A DNA stretch of 64,000 bases from Promethearchaeota archaeon (lineage in GTDB: Archaea; Asgardarchaeota; Lokiarchaeia; Sigyniarchaeales; SOKP01), in assembly GCA_048939015.1 (NCBI GenBank), contig JBHLPW010000002.1, positions 32,001 to 96,000 on the forward strand, read 5' to 3'. The notes under the pieces are model-generated. The model was not told the origin of the DNA. It ran no database searches and was given only the letters and a program-made list of their open reading frames with translations. The position numbers were made by a program, and so were the translations under genes. The first letter of the stretch is position 1; every line of letters starts with the position of its first letter. Positions 45,429-55,689 of this stretch are shown here, piece by piece.

Positions 45429-46262
45429 TTGGGAAATCAAATTAATAATGTCTCTATAATTGGGGCAGGATATATGGGACGCCAAATTATTGAGAAATCT
45501 GCGTTATTTGGATATAATATATTTATTTTTGATGTTAGTTCTGAAGGTTTAGAGGACTTTATTAATGATGTAAAAAAGAAAATTGATGAGAAACAAATTA
45601 AAATTGAAATTAAGAGTTATAATAGTATTCCTGAAGCTGTAAAAAATGCAGATTTAATCATTGAAGCTGTTCCAGAAAAGCTTGAGCTGAAAAGAGAAAT
45701 TTTTCCTATAATTGATAAATCAGCTCCCCCTCATGCTATTATAGCAACTAATAGCTCGTCTATTCCAATTTCAAAATTGGAGGATGTTATTGAACGGAAA
45801 GATAAAGTAATGAACATTCATTTCTATAACCTTTTTACAATGCCTTTGGCGGATATCATGCGAGGAACTCAAACTAGTGATATTACATTCCAAAAAGGGA
45901 AATCTTGGGTAGAAAGTATTGATGTAATCCCTCTTGAGGTCAAAAAAGAATGTTATGGATTTGTACTTAACAGAATATGGAGAGCCATTAAAAAAGATTG
46001 TCTAAAGATTTGGGCTGGAGGATATGCTGATCTTGAAACTGTCGATAAGGCTTGGCCAATTTTTTGCCAATATTTCATCACTAATGACTATGGTCCTTTC
46101 AAATACATGGATAGGATTGGTTTGGATGTAATTTATGATATTGAAATGTCCTACTTCAAAAATAGCGGATTAGAAGATGATAGACCACCAGATTCTCTAA
46201 AAAATTTGGTTGAAAAAGGTGAAATGGGGGTTAAGACAGAAAAAGGATTTTACAAATATTAA
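45429..46262 (+). CDS. 3-hydroxyacyl-CoA dehydrogenase family protein
   Basis: GAGYMG, EAVPE, ATNSSS, GFVLNR and GPF..MD.IGLD motifs. Confidence 0.92.
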   Translation: MGNQINNVSIIGAGYMGRQIIEKSALFGYNIFIFDVSSEGLEDFINDVKKKIDEKQIKIEIKSYNSIPEAVKNADLIIEAVPEKLELKREIFPIIDKSAPPHAIIATNSSSIPISKLEDVIERKDKVMNIHFYNLFTMPLADIMRGTQTSDITFQKGKSWVESIDVIPLEVKKECYGFVLNRIWRAIKKDCLKIWAGGYADLETVDKAWPIFCQYFITNDYGPFKYMDRIGLDVIYDIEMSYFKNSGLEDDRPPDSLKNLVEKGEMGVKTEKGFYKY

Positions 46263-46335
46263 ACCATATAATTTTTTTTTTAGTTTTAATTTAAAGAAGT
46301 AATCCTTATAGTCAAAATTATATTTAGTCATACTG

Positions 46336-47052
46336 ATGCCAGAAAAAGGAAAACAGGAAATTCAAAGGATTAAAGAACTAGAAAGTATTAATTTAGCAAG
46401 AGAGGATGTTAGAGATCTCGTTATAGAAACAAAAAAAGCAGTTGAAAAAGATAATGATTCTTTAGCAGAACAGCTAAATGATATGCTTAATAATATAGGT
46501 ATCAAATCTATTGATATTGTTGGAGCTATAGGAGCAGGGAAGACTGCACTTCTAGAAAAAATAGCTAAAAAATTATCAAAAAAATACCGGATCTTAGTGA
46601 TATGTGGTGATATTACTACAAGAGTAGACGCCGATAGAATTGAGAAACATAATGTGAAAACGATCCAAATAAATACAGGCCGAGAATGCGCTCTGAATGC
46701 TTATCATATTTATCAAGTTATTAAAAATCAAGATCTAAATGATTTTGACTTAATTTTTGTAGAAAATGTTGGTAATCTAATTTGTCCCTCTGATTTCAAA
46801 TTAGGAACCGATAAAAGAATTACTGTTGTTTCTATTACAGAAGGTGAATGGGTGATTGAGAAACACCCAATGCTATTTAAAATGTCTGATGTTGCAGTTA
46901 TTAATAAAATTGATCTTTTAGAAAGATTAGGAACTAATATCGACAAAATGAAAAACGACGCTAAGAAATTTAACCCTGATATAAAAGTAATAACTACAAG
47001 TGCTAAATTGGATACTAATATTGACCAATTAATTGAAACCTTGGGATTATAG
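46336..47052 (+). CDS. hypB: Hydrogenase nickel incorporation GTPase HypB
   Basis: GAIGAGKT, DA.RI, QINTG.EC.L, ENVGNLICP and NKID motifs. Confidence 0.92.
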   Translation: MPEKGKQEIQRIKELESINLAREDVRDLVIETKKAVEKDNDSLAEQLNDMLNNIGIKSIDIVGAIGAGKTALLEKIAKKLSKKYRILVICGDITTRVDADRIEKHNVKTIQINTGRECALNAYHIYQVIKNQDLNDFDLIFVENVGNLICPSDFKLGTDKRITVVSITEGEWVIEKHPMLFKMSDVAVINKIDLLERLGTNIDKMKNDAKKFNPDIKVITTSAKLDTNIDQLIETLGL

Positions 47053-47063
47053 AAATTAATAAA

Positions 47064-47510
47064 GTGAACCTAAGAATGGAAAAAGACTTAAAAAAAATTG
47101 AAAAAATAATAAGTAACTTAGAGCTAAATTCTAAATCACATATCAAGGAATTATTAAATAATTTCTTGCAAACTCATCTTAAGCGGAGTAAAGTGGATAA
47201 TTTCATAGGAGATTATCCTACATTTATAGAACCCGTCCATTTAGAAGATAATGTTAAAATAGGTGACGATGTACTCTTAGGACCAAATGTATATATTGGA
47301 AAAAATACAGAAATAAAGGATTATGTAGAAATTTCAAACTCAATTATCTTCGATAATGCTATAATAGCCGAAAACATTAAGATGGATAAATGTATTATTG
47401 GTAAAGATGTTTCTTTAACAAGTCAAAATATTAGTATAGATAATTGTGTGGTAATTGGAAATGTGTCAACAAAAGAAGAACTTTATAAGATTATGTATAA
47501 GTTTAAGTAA
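47064..47510 (+). CDS. Left-handed beta-helix (hexapeptide repeat) protein resembling NDP-sugar pyrophosphorylase C-terminal domains
   Basis: PVHLEDNVKIGDDVLLGPNVYIGKNTEI..ISNSIIFDN repeats. Confidence 0.75.
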   Translation: MNLRMEKDLKKIEKIISNLELNSKSHIKELLNNFLQTHLKRSKVDNFIGDYPTFIEPVHLEDNVKIGDDVLLGPNVYIGKNTEIKDYVEISNSIIFDNAIIAENIKMDKCIIGKDVSLTSQNISIDNCVVIGNVSTKEELYKIMYKFK

Positions 47511-47552
47511 GTCTTTGCAAACTGATAGATTTCTTATCCTAGATTAAATATA

Positions 47553-48377
47553 GTGATTCTTATGAATGAAGAAAAATATTTTAAGACAAATCTAAAAAGA
47601 TGGAATGAACTTGTAGATATTAACGCTAAATCTAAATCTTATGATTTACCTGGTTTTTTAGAGGGAAATTCATCTTTATTTCCTATAGAGGTTGAGGAAA
47701 TAGGAGATGTTAAGGGAAAATCATTATTACATCTACAATGCCATTTCGGAATGGACACACTTTCATGGGCAAGATTAGGAGCAAAAGTTACTGGTGTAGA
47801 CTTTGCAGACAAAGCGATAGAGTTAGCAAAAGATTTGAGTAATAAATTAAATATCCCTGCAAAGTTCATACTTTCAAATGTTTATAATGTACTTCAAATT
47901 TTAAATGAAAAATTCGACATTGTTTTTACATCGTATGGAACAATTTGTTGGTTACCTGACCTAGTTCAATGGGCTCAAATAATCAGCGAATGCTTAAATC
48001 CAGGTGGTTTTTTTTATATAATCGATGGGCATCCTTTTGGCTTTATAATTGATGAAAAGCAAGAACCTTTTAAAGTAGGTTTCAATTATTTTTCTGAGGG
48101 AAAACCGATATTCTTCGATGAAGGGACCGCCTATGCAGATCCTTTAGCAGATCTAAAGAATCAAGCAGCATATGAATGGGACCATCCTATGAGTGAAATT
48201 ATAAATTCCTTAATTAATGCAAATTTAGAAATAGATTTTCTTCATGAATTCCCATTCACATTCTTTAGCATACATCCAGATATGAAAAAAAGGGAGGACA
48301 GATATTGGGAATTTAAAAACTATGAATTTACCATTCCTATGATGTTTTCAATTAAAGCTCATAAGAAAATAATTTAA
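47553..48377 (+). CDS. Class I SAM-dependent methyltransferase
   Basis: LLHLQCHFGMDTLSWAR, FDIVFTSYG..CWLPD and LNPGG motifs. Confidence 0.9.
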   Translation: MILMNEEKYFKTNLKRWNELVDINAKSKSYDLPGFLEGNSSLFPIEVEEIGDVKGKSLLHLQCHFGMDTLSWARLGAKVTGVDFADKAIELAKDLSNKLNIPAKFILSNVYNVLQILNEKFDIVFTSYGTICWLPDLVQWAQIISECLNPGGFFYIIDGHPFGFIIDEKQEPFKVGFNYFSEGKPIFFDEGTAYADPLADLKNQAAYEWDHPMSEIINSLINANLEIDFLHEFPFTFFSIHPDMKKREDRYWEFKNYEFTIPMMFSIKAHKKII

Positions 48378-48384
48378 AAAATAA

Positions 48385-49200
48385 TTACATATTTTTTGGT
48401 TTCTTTCCTATAAACAAACCATTTATCCCTGTAATCTCGAATTTAGAGTTTTTTTCAAGTATGTTTGAAATACCTTCCTCAACTTGAGGTTTTATTTTTT
48501 GAAAAGAAGGATATTTTTCTTTAGGATACATACTCTCAATGTATTTTATCAATGGAGCTAAAGAAGTAATAGATACTTGATTAATATACTCTTCAAAAAA
48601 AATATCTGAAAAATAAGGTTTTAGGACATTTCTCCCCGTTTCATTTCTGAATTCACTAAATAATTTTAATTTCTCGTCTGTATATAATCCAAATTTAGAA
48701 AGAAAGTCTTTTAATTCTTTAATATGATTTCTACTAATAGTTGTAGAGATAAATCTGCCACTTGGTTTCAACACACGACTTATTTCTACAAGAGCTTTAT
48801 CAATATTTGGAATGTGATATAACATATGACACCCTAATACAACGTCAAAATTATGATTTCTGTAAGGAATTTTCTGTGCATCTATAACTTTGAAATTTAT
48901 TGGCAGATTGATTGATTCTAAATTCTCCTTAGCTTTATTCAACATTTTTTGAGAAAAATCAGATAACACAATTGAACAGGTCGAAGGAATTTTTTTATAA
49001 TTTTCGAGCCAAATTTGACCTGTTCCACATCCTAATTCTAATACTCTTTCGTTTTCTTTAAGTTGAATTCTTGAAAAAATCCACTTCGGTAAGGTTTCGG
49101 GATTTGATCCATATGACCAAAGGTTCATTCGGTTAGTTAAGTTTTCATGAGAGTTATATTGTAATTTTGCATATTCCTTAACAGATTTATTATTTTTCAT
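48385..49200 (-). CDS. Class I SAM-dependent methyltransferase
   Basis: VLELGCGTG, FDVV and EISRVLKPSG motifs. Confidence 0.9.
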   Translation of the reverse strand: MKNNKSVKEYAKLQYNSHENLTNRMNLWSYGSNPETLPKWIFSRIQLKENERVLELGCGTGQIWLENYKKIPSTCSIVLSDFSQKMLNKAKENLESINLPINFKVIDAQKIPYRNHNFDVVLGCHMLYHIPNIDKALVEISRVLKPSGRFISTTISRNHIKELKDFLSKFGLYTDEKLKLFSEFRNETGRNVLKPYFSDIFFEEYINQVSITSLAPLIKYIESMYPKEKYPSFQKIKPQVEEGISNILEKNSKFEITGINGLFIGKKPKNM

Positions 49201-49245
49201 ATGAGATTAAAGAATGTGTTTATCTATTATAAATTAAGTATAAAA

Positions 49246-49276
49246 ATTAATCCTGTTGCTTGCCTCAAGGATTAAT
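49246..49276 (-). terminator. Hairpin followed by a T-run, downstream of the 321-aa membrane protein gene
   Basis: 9-bp perfect inverted repeat attaatcct/aggattaat; on the minus strand it is preceded and followed by T-tracts. Confidence 0.4.
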
Positions 49277-49302
49277 GATAAATAAAAGAAAAAAAAATAT
49301 GT

Positions 49303-50268
49303 TTAAGGATGTGCCCATGGGACTGGCAGTGACACGTTTACACTAATAAAGTTTAATGCATAATATGTTGAAAATGAAATCTTTAACAGTAAATTACCAT
49401 TAGTCGTTATTAATCCTTTAATATAGGTCGTATCAATACTTAACGTTATGTCTTGATCTAAAGTTTCTGTAAATGAGTGGAATGTGTTTTGGTATGCACT
49501 AGGTGCACTACCAATTTTAGTATCCCATGGAAGAGCAGAAGCATTATCAGTTGTTAATGTGTGAATTTCAGCATTTAAGACCACATCATTTATGGCATAT
49601 AATCCCATATTTCTTACATCAAAAGTTAATGTGATATCTAAAGAATCATCAGAAAAATCTAGTGGAAGTACTCCAGGATCATAATCATAATCAATAGAAT
49701 CATGAAGATTAACCCTAAGATTTATTCCACTAAATATAACAGTTCCAAAGTAACCAGCAATTCCGATACTTGCCAAAATTCCTAAAATTTTAAAAAAAGT
49801 GCTCAATTTAAATTCCTTTTTAACTTTAACTCGATATTCCCTCTTTTTACTTAATTCTATTGCTTCTACTAAGTACTGTAGCCCTTTGATTATAAGAGCA
49901 CCTAAAAAGAGCCACGCAATTAGTTTCAAACCTAAAAGAGCTTGAATCGTAGGCGTGTTAATATAGTATGTTCCTAAACTCCTTCCTGGCTCAAACCCGC
50001 CAAATATATAGAAGAGGAAAATTCCTGAATAAACAGTTACTCCAAACCTAACAAGGCGATTTGCCGATGTATCTTCCGGAAAAGCATATCTTAAAATAGA
50101 AATAATAATACCAATAATCCCAAAAATAATAATTGATGTTCGAAAACTTGCAGAGAATGTCATTATATTAAAGTATTCGAGAAAATAGAATAAAACTAAG
50201 GGAACAACTATGTAAGATATCGTAGCAAGAATCCCATGTAATATCATTTTACCATATTGAATTTCCAT
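49303..50268 (-). CDS. Membrane protein (about 5 TM) with a C-terminal beta-rich (LEA-2-like) domain
   Basis: Hydrophobic helices followed by ITLTFDVRNMGLYAINDV; family call is tentative. Confidence 0.65.
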   Translation of the reverse strand: MEIQYGKMILHGILATISYIVVPLVLFYFLEYFNIMTFSASFRTSIIIFGIIGIIISILRYAFPEDTSANRLVRFGVTVYSGIFLFYIFGGFEPGRSLGTYYINTPTIQALLGLKLIAWLFLGALIIKGLQYLVEAIELSKKREYRVKVKKEFKLSTFFKILGILASIGIAGYFGTVIFSGINLRVNLHDSIDYDYDPGVLPLDFSDDSLDITLTFDVRNMGLYAINDVVLNAEIHTLTTDNASALPWDTKIGSAPSAYQNTFHSFTETLDQDITLSIDTTYIKGLITTNGNLLLKISFSTYYALNFISVNVSLPVPWAHP

Positions 50269-50389
50269 AACTTTTTAACCTGTTTTGAATTCTTATTTTA
50301 AGTTAAATGAGATATTAACCTTAATATCCTTGAATCTAATATAAATTTTCATGGTATATAGTTATTTATTAATTTTTTTCAGTTTTTTA

Positions 50390-50938
50390 TCAAAAATGTG
50401 AAAGAATAAATTTAATATTCTCCCACCCATATGCAACTTCAGTATATTTTCTCCCTCCAATTTCAATGGACTGTTCTCCTAATATAGTTCCTCCTAATTT
50501 TTCATAGAATCGACGAGAAGAATTTTTCTTTAAAACCCAAGTAAGCATACTGTAAATAGTATTTTCTTTAAAATATTTTACAACTGATTTAACCAATTCA
50601 GTTCCAATATTTCTATTTTGAAAATCATTCAAAACGTAAATAGCACATAATTCACCAATAAATCTCTCTGCTTGGAGTAAAGCAATAACTGGGTTATATT
50701 TTTCTAAGGTAGCTAACGCAAATCCAATTATATCATTATTATTAGTCTCAGCTACGTAAATCATTGCTCCATGAGTAGGGTTTTCTAATCTATGTTTCCA
50801 ATTTTGTTCTTTATCTTTATAAGATAAACTTTGAAGATATTCTTCTGCGATTATCCCTTGATACGCTGTTTTCCACGTATCAACTTGTACTTTTGTAATT
50901 CCAAATGCATCTGATTTAATGGCTTCTCTATATTTCAT
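50390..50938 (-). CDS. GNAT acetyltransferase
   Basis: ELCAIYV...FQNRNIGTEL and N..SRRFYEKLGG motifs. Confidence 0.92.
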   Translation of the reverse strand: MKYREAIKSDAFGITKVQVDTWKTAYQGIIAEEYLQSLSYKDKEQNWKHRLENPTHGAMIYVAETNNNDIIGFALATLEKYNPVIALLQAERFIGELCAIYVLNDFQNRNIGTELVKSVVKYFKENTIYSMLTWVLKKNSSRRFYEKLGGTILGEQSIEIGGRKYTEVAYGWENIKFILSHF

Positions 50939-50955
50939 TGAATTAAATTATTTGA

Positions 50956-52590
50956 TCATAAATTCTTAATTTTTTCTTCAAAATATTCTTTTAACAGAAA
51001 GTAAGGCAAATCTCCACTTCTAAGGATAGTATCATGAAAGAATTTTAAACTGAACTTGTTTCCCATTTTTTCTTCTACTTCCTTACGTAAGTCCTCAATT
51101 AAGAGCTTTCCAGGGAGGTATGATAATGGATAGCTTGGGGTAAGTGTAAATTCTAAAGCTATTCCTTTGGCAGTAGACTCTTCATATGACAATATATTCA
51201 TCATTGTTTTACTTGCATCCTCTAATGTTCTTTGTTTACAGTGTAATTGAATATCCAATAATATATTCATCGCATATTGCATGTGCATTCCTGAAATCAA
51301 CTGTTGAGTTTTTTTTGCATCTTTATAAAAACCTTGTTGTAACATCATTTCCTCACAGTAAAGAGCCCATCCTTCAGAGGTTTCTGTCGATGAGAAGTAA
51401 CTCAATCCTAACATTCGAACAAGAGGTGCATAAATATTATTGCAAATAAAATCCAGATGATGTCCGGGAAAAGCTTCATGAACCAACGCCCAAGATATAT
51501 ATGTATAAGATTGAAATTCTTTTAGGGTGGGACTAATCATGAAAATTCCTGGTCGATCTTTATTAAAATAAGGAGCTTGCTCATAACCAGCACCAGCGAG
51601 GATTGGAACGAGATGGGGAGGTGTTTCGATTATTAATAACTTCTCTTGAGGAAGTGTAACAAGATCATGGTTTATTATGAACTCTTTTGCTCGTTCTGCT
51701 TCGTTCTGAGTGTATTTAAGTACTTCTTGAAACGTAGGGATTAGATCTTCTTTGAAAAATTCTTTAATTCCCTCAACCAGAGTTTTATCGGGATACAATT
51801 CTTTTAGAATTCGTTTTATATTTTTCAATCCTGAGCTGAATAACTTATTCCCTTTTGAGATCAGTGTCTTTCGATCCCAAGGAAATTTCCGTAGACTCAG
51901 TAGCTTATCGAATTTCTCAGGTCCTAAAGCCCAAGCAAATTCGTTAGTATCCACGGGTAAACTTTTTATCCATTTTACATGCCTTTGAATAGTTGATTCA
52001 ACATCTTTAAAAGCTTCTAGAAGTTTGTTTTTAATTGAATCGTTTACATCTGATGTTCCAGTGTACGCATCAGCAACACTTTTTAATATTTTAGGAGTAG
52101 TTTGAATTGTTTCTAACGCTATGTCTCTCCATATAATTGGAATTGGAGTTTCATCAAAACGTGATTGAAATTCCTCTATATATTTTGGTAAATTCTTTAT
52201 ATGTATGAGGAGAGTATCTGCTAAATCAACAGTTGGTCCTTTTCGCTGTAATAAAAGGTAGACAATCTCATGAAAATAGGCTAACCCGTCAGGATATTTT
52301 TTCCATAGTGGAAATTCCTCATGTATAAACAGATTAATATTATGATAGTATTCCATATCTTTTAGTGAAATTTTATTTTCAAAATTTAATTTTTCAACAT
52401 CTAATTGCTTAAGCTCTTCAATCCATTGACCGAACCATTTAAAATTTTCCTCTATATGTTCTTTCGTACCTGACTCTACTACTTTTTCGTATTCTTCTTT
52501 ACCAAACATGACAGCACTCCTGGGATTCCGCTTAAAGTACTCTTCTATCCCTCTATTCACAATTTCTTCGAACTTTCTATTCTCATTCAT
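50956..52590 (-). CDS. DUF885-family putative metallopeptidase
   Basis: HEAFPGHH, EGWALYCE, P.Y.LSY..GK and F.LK.FHD.IL..G motifs. Confidence 0.88.
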   Translation of the reverse strand: MNENRKFEEIVNRGIEEYFKRNPRSAVMFGKEEYEKVVESGTKEHIEENFKWFGQWIEELKQLDVEKLNFENKISLKDMEYYHNINLFIHEEFPLWKKYPDGLAYFHEIVYLLLQRKGPTVDLADTLLIHIKNLPKYIEEFQSRFDETPIPIIWRDIALETIQTTPKILKSVADAYTGTSDVNDSIKNKLLEAFKDVESTIQRHVKWIKSLPVDTNEFAWALGPEKFDKLLSLRKFPWDRKTLISKGNKLFSSGLKNIKRILKELYPDKTLVEGIKEFFKEDLIPTFQEVLKYTQNEAERAKEFIINHDLVTLPQEKLLIIETPPHLVPILAGAGYEQAPYFNKDRPGIFMISPTLKEFQSYTYISWALVHEAFPGHHLDFICNNIYAPLVRMLGLSYFSSTETSEGWALYCEEMMLQQGFYKDAKKTQQLISGMHMQYAMNILLDIQLHCKQRTLEDASKTMMNILSYEESTAKGIALEFTLTPSYPLSYLPGKLLIEDLRKEVEEKMGNKFSLKFFHDTILRSGDLPYFLLKEYFEEKIKNL

Positions 52591-52794
52591 AAACTATTCA
52601 CCATAATTATAGCTTTGAGTTGTATTCAAAATTAAGCTAAGTGGATTCCTTTAAAATAATATTAAAATAGATTTTTATTTAAATCTTGTAGATAAATAGA
52701 GAAAAATTTTCGGAAAACCGCGTTCATCTTAATTAAAACTTTAAAATAATTATATAATGTATTAAAATTTAAAATTGAAAAGGAGTGAAGAAAC

Positions 52795-53130
52795 ATGATG
52801 AATAATGAATTTGATAAAGAAAGAAGATATTTGTTGGCTTTAATGATAAATTCGGATAACTTTTTCAAGGATTTTGGAAAAATTGATGATGATGCATTTT
52901 CAGAGGGGAATATCCCAAAGAAATATAAGGAATTGACAATGCTAACTGTTTCAATTGTTTCTAAATGTAAAGAATGTATTGAATATCATATTAAAGAGTG
53001 TCTAAATGCTAAAACAAATAAAAATGAGATGATTGATGCAATTAAAATGGGAATGATGGCTAGTGGCTCAGTGAGTTATCCATATGTAAGATATTCATTC
53101 AAAATTCTAAAAGAACTAAAAATTCTCTAA
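52795..53130 (+). CDS. Carboxymuconolactone decarboxylase / AhpD-like protein
   Basis: G.IPKKYKEL......CKECIEYH motif. Confidence 0.88.
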   Translation: MMNNEFDKERRYLLALMINSDNFFKDFGKIDDDAFSEGNIPKKYKELTMLTVSIVSKCKECIEYHIKECLNAKTNKNEMIDAIKMGMMASGSVSYPYVRYSFKILKELKIL

Positions 53131-53140
53131 AAACATATCT

Positions 53141-53162
53141 TCGTGAAACCCGTCTTTCACGA
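53141..53162. promoter_or_regulatory. Perfect 8-bp inverted repeat TCGTGAAA-N6-TTTCACGA (terminator hairpin or operator)
   Basis: Seen directly, 10 bp after the AhpD-like stop codon; function unknown. Confidence 0.35.
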
Positions 53163-53456
53163 CTGTTTATATTTACTTTAATAATATTACAATATCATTC
53201 TAGTATTATAAGAATATCATATCTCCTTGATGTAAAAGATATGTTAGATTCAGTCTTTTATACCCATACTTTAGAATTAAAATAATTTATGTTTTTTTGC
53301 CAAACTTCAGGATACTATGTGATGTTAGAAAATTCTCTACTACAGAAATTCAGCAATCTGTAATATTTTAAAAAATATATTTTTAATATAAACGCATACG
53401 AATATATACTATTCAATTTCTACTTTAATCCTTATTGAATTTGAGAGGAAAATAAA

Positions 53457-53921
53457 ATGTCAATTAATAAAAAAGATGTTTCAAGGAATATATTAGAAGT
53501 AGGAATCAATGAAGATAAAACCAAACGATGTTCTAAGTGTAAACAAGTTTTCCTTGCTACTACAGAATTTTTTTATAAAAATAGAAATTTAAAGCATGGT
53601 ATTGATTCATGGTGTAAAGCTTGTAAGAAAAAGTATGATAAGATATATCACAAATTAAAAAATTTTAATTTATCTATAAAGGAATTTGAAAAATTATTAG
53701 AACAACAGAACTATAAATGTGCAATTTGTGGTAGGAATTTCAATGATCTCTTCGAGATATATAATAATAAGACAACCGTTCGTACACCTAGAATTGATCA
53801 TGATCATAAATCTGGGAAAATTAGAGGAATTTTGTGTAATAGATGTAATATGTTATTAGGTCGGTGTGTTGATAACCCATTTATCTTAATTAAAGCAGTA
53901 AACTACTTAAAAGGAAATTAG
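53457..53921 (+). CDS. Endonuclease VII-family (HNH-like) nuclease with an N-terminal Zn finger
   Basis: CSKC..CKAC; QQNYKCAIC, IDHDHKSGKIRGILCNRCNMLLG and A..YL motifs. Confidence 0.9.
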   Translation: MSINKKDVSRNILEVGINEDKTKRCSKCKQVFLATTEFFYKNRNLKHGIDSWCKACKKKYDKIYHKLKNFNLSIKEFEKLLEQQNYKCAICGRNFNDLFEIYNNKTTVRTPRIDHDHKSGKIRGILCNRCNMLLGRCVDNPFILIKAVNYLKGN

Positions 53922-53984
53922 AATAGCTTTAAGAATAAAATTAAAAAATATTAAATAAATTTGTTATTATTGAGAAAAACTAAG

Positions 53985-54815
53985 TTATTTTCTTTTTAAT
54001 TCTCGATTTATTGGTTTTAATAACATCAGATTTAATACGACTAATATCCAAGACGAGAGTGAAAACATAAGAAGCCATTCCCAAAAAGGAGCCCATTGCC
54101 AAAGTGGTAAAGAGGTCCAAAATGCATCAGTATACCATAAATATGGTACTGTATAAAAGAAGCCAAAGAAAATTGGAGTTAAAATCCATGTGTTAATCGC
54201 TAATAAAACCCTAGCTGTCTTTATATTTTTTAATCCAATTTGTGCTTCTAATATATCTGGAAAAATTATAAATTGCGAAGCAACAAGGATCCCACTAATC
54301 ATGAAAAAAGTAAAAGCGAAATCCGCGACAATATCATGCCAGAAATAATTAGGTATAGGTGGTCCAATAATACTGTCTAATTTTGCTCCAACATCCTCAG
54401 AAATTACACCTGTTAAAAATAAACCACACATTGCAATGACCATAGATATTAACGTTAAATTACCTAATACTTTTCTTAACTTTTTCGACCCATCTCCTAT
54501 TAAAATAAATCGTAGGTAGAAGGTAGCGGGTATCATTAATATAGATGTTTGCATCATTCCAAAATCGATGATTATAGGCATTGGAGTTAAGTCAAGATTG
54601 CCTAGATCACTAATATAATTGATTAATATATTAAATCCAGCAGGATCATAAGAAGGACCAGCAGGATCTAATTGAGCAATTAGAATTGCTAATATTACGC
54701 TTGAAATCCAAAAAAAGGTTGCCCCTATACATGAAAGTTTCACGACCTTGGGATGAATTAACATCTTATAAAAATTTTTTACTTTATCTTTAAATCCCAT
54801 ATATTTCATAACCAT
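53985..54815 (-). CDS. Multi-pass membrane protein, DUF998-like
   Basis: NYISDLG after TM1, a His in WHDIVA and about 6 TMs. Confidence 0.6.
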   Translation of the reverse strand: MVMKYMGFKDKVKNFYKMLIHPKVVKLSCIGATFFWISSVILAILIAQLDPAGPSYDPAGFNILINYISDLGNLDLTPMPIIIDFGMMQTSILMIPATFYLRFILIGDGSKKLRKVLGNLTLISMVIAMCGLFLTGVISEDVGAKLDSIIGPPIPNYFWHDIVADFAFTFFMISGILVASQFIIFPDILEAQIGLKNIKTARVLLAINTWILTPIFFGFFYTVPYLWYTDAFWTSLPLWQWAPFWEWLLMFSLSSWILVVLNLMLLKPINRELKRK

Positions 54816-54934
54816 TTCTTTTAGTTTTCGATTTTAGTAAACATAGTTAGGTTTATGTGGTATATATAGATTGTGAAATTAATTAGTACCTTAAAGTAGA
54901 AGGTAGAGATTAATTATTTAATACCTCTTAGGCG

Positions 54935-55654
54935 TTATGTAGAAATCATAGCTAAATAATTTTCATTTTCATCCTTACCAAGGATCTTACATGGAAATCC
55001 CATTTCTAAAGTAATTTGTTTAAGTGTATCAGGATCTATTTGTAAATTTTGGATTTTATCTCCCATGATATTTTTGTATTTCATCTGAAATATTGTCACA
55101 CCACTATACTTTCCTAACTTGCGGTTTCTTTCTTGATATTCAAGAAGAATTTGTTCTTTAATTGAAGGAAAATCTATTGAATCAAGAATTATAATTCCCT
55201 CTGGATTCAGGAGAGTTTTACAGTAAGATAAGAATTTTTTCATTCCATTTAAATTCTCCACAAACCCGATTGAACGTCCTAATAAAAGAATAGTATCAAA
55301 TGAGCCCATTTTTAAATTATAACAATCTGTACATTGAACATTTTTTATACCTCTTTTTTTCATTATTCGACAAGCATGAGAGGATATGTCAATTGCATAA
55401 ACCTCAAGACCTAATTTTTGAAGTTCCAAGGTATGTGGTCCAGCTCCTGCTCCAATATCTAAAACTCTACCTTTACATAATTGTAGTGCTTGTTTTTCTA
55501 TATTTGAAAAATTTTCAGGGCCTCTAAAGAAATATTCAATAGGGACTTTCCATTCTATTCCATCATCTCGACATAAAGTAACCTCAACTCCTTTTTTACC
55601 ATTATAAAAATCCTCAAGAGCTATACCAAAAGGTTCAAATGCTTCTTTTGTCAT
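54935..55654 (-). CDS. Class I SAM-dependent methyltransferase
   Basis: VLDIGAGAG, AIDIS and FDTILLLG motifs. Confidence 0.9.
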   Translation of the reverse strand: MTKEAFEPFGIALEDFYNGKKGVEVTLCRDDGIEWKVPIEYFFRGPENFSNIEKQALQLCKGRVLDIGAGAGPHTLELQKLGLEVYAIDISSHACRIMKKRGIKNVQCTDCYNLKMGSFDTILLLGRSIGFVENLNGMKKFLSYCKTLLNPEGIIILDSIDFPSIKEQILLEYQERNRKLGKYSGVTIFQMKYKNIMGDKIQNLQIDPDTLKQITLEMGFPCKILGKDENENYLAMIST

Positions 55655-55689
55655 AATAGTATTCTATGAAGATGAAAATTTTAATCTTT

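Noticed and set aside
53457-53921. Provirus
   Set aside because: No integrase, capsid, terminase or att-like repeats were seen, and the neighbours are metabolic genes.
38030-55654. Several SAM methyltransferases as a biosynthetic cluster
   Set aside because: They are scattered, lie on both strands, belong to different subfamilies and have no scaffold-building enzyme nearby.
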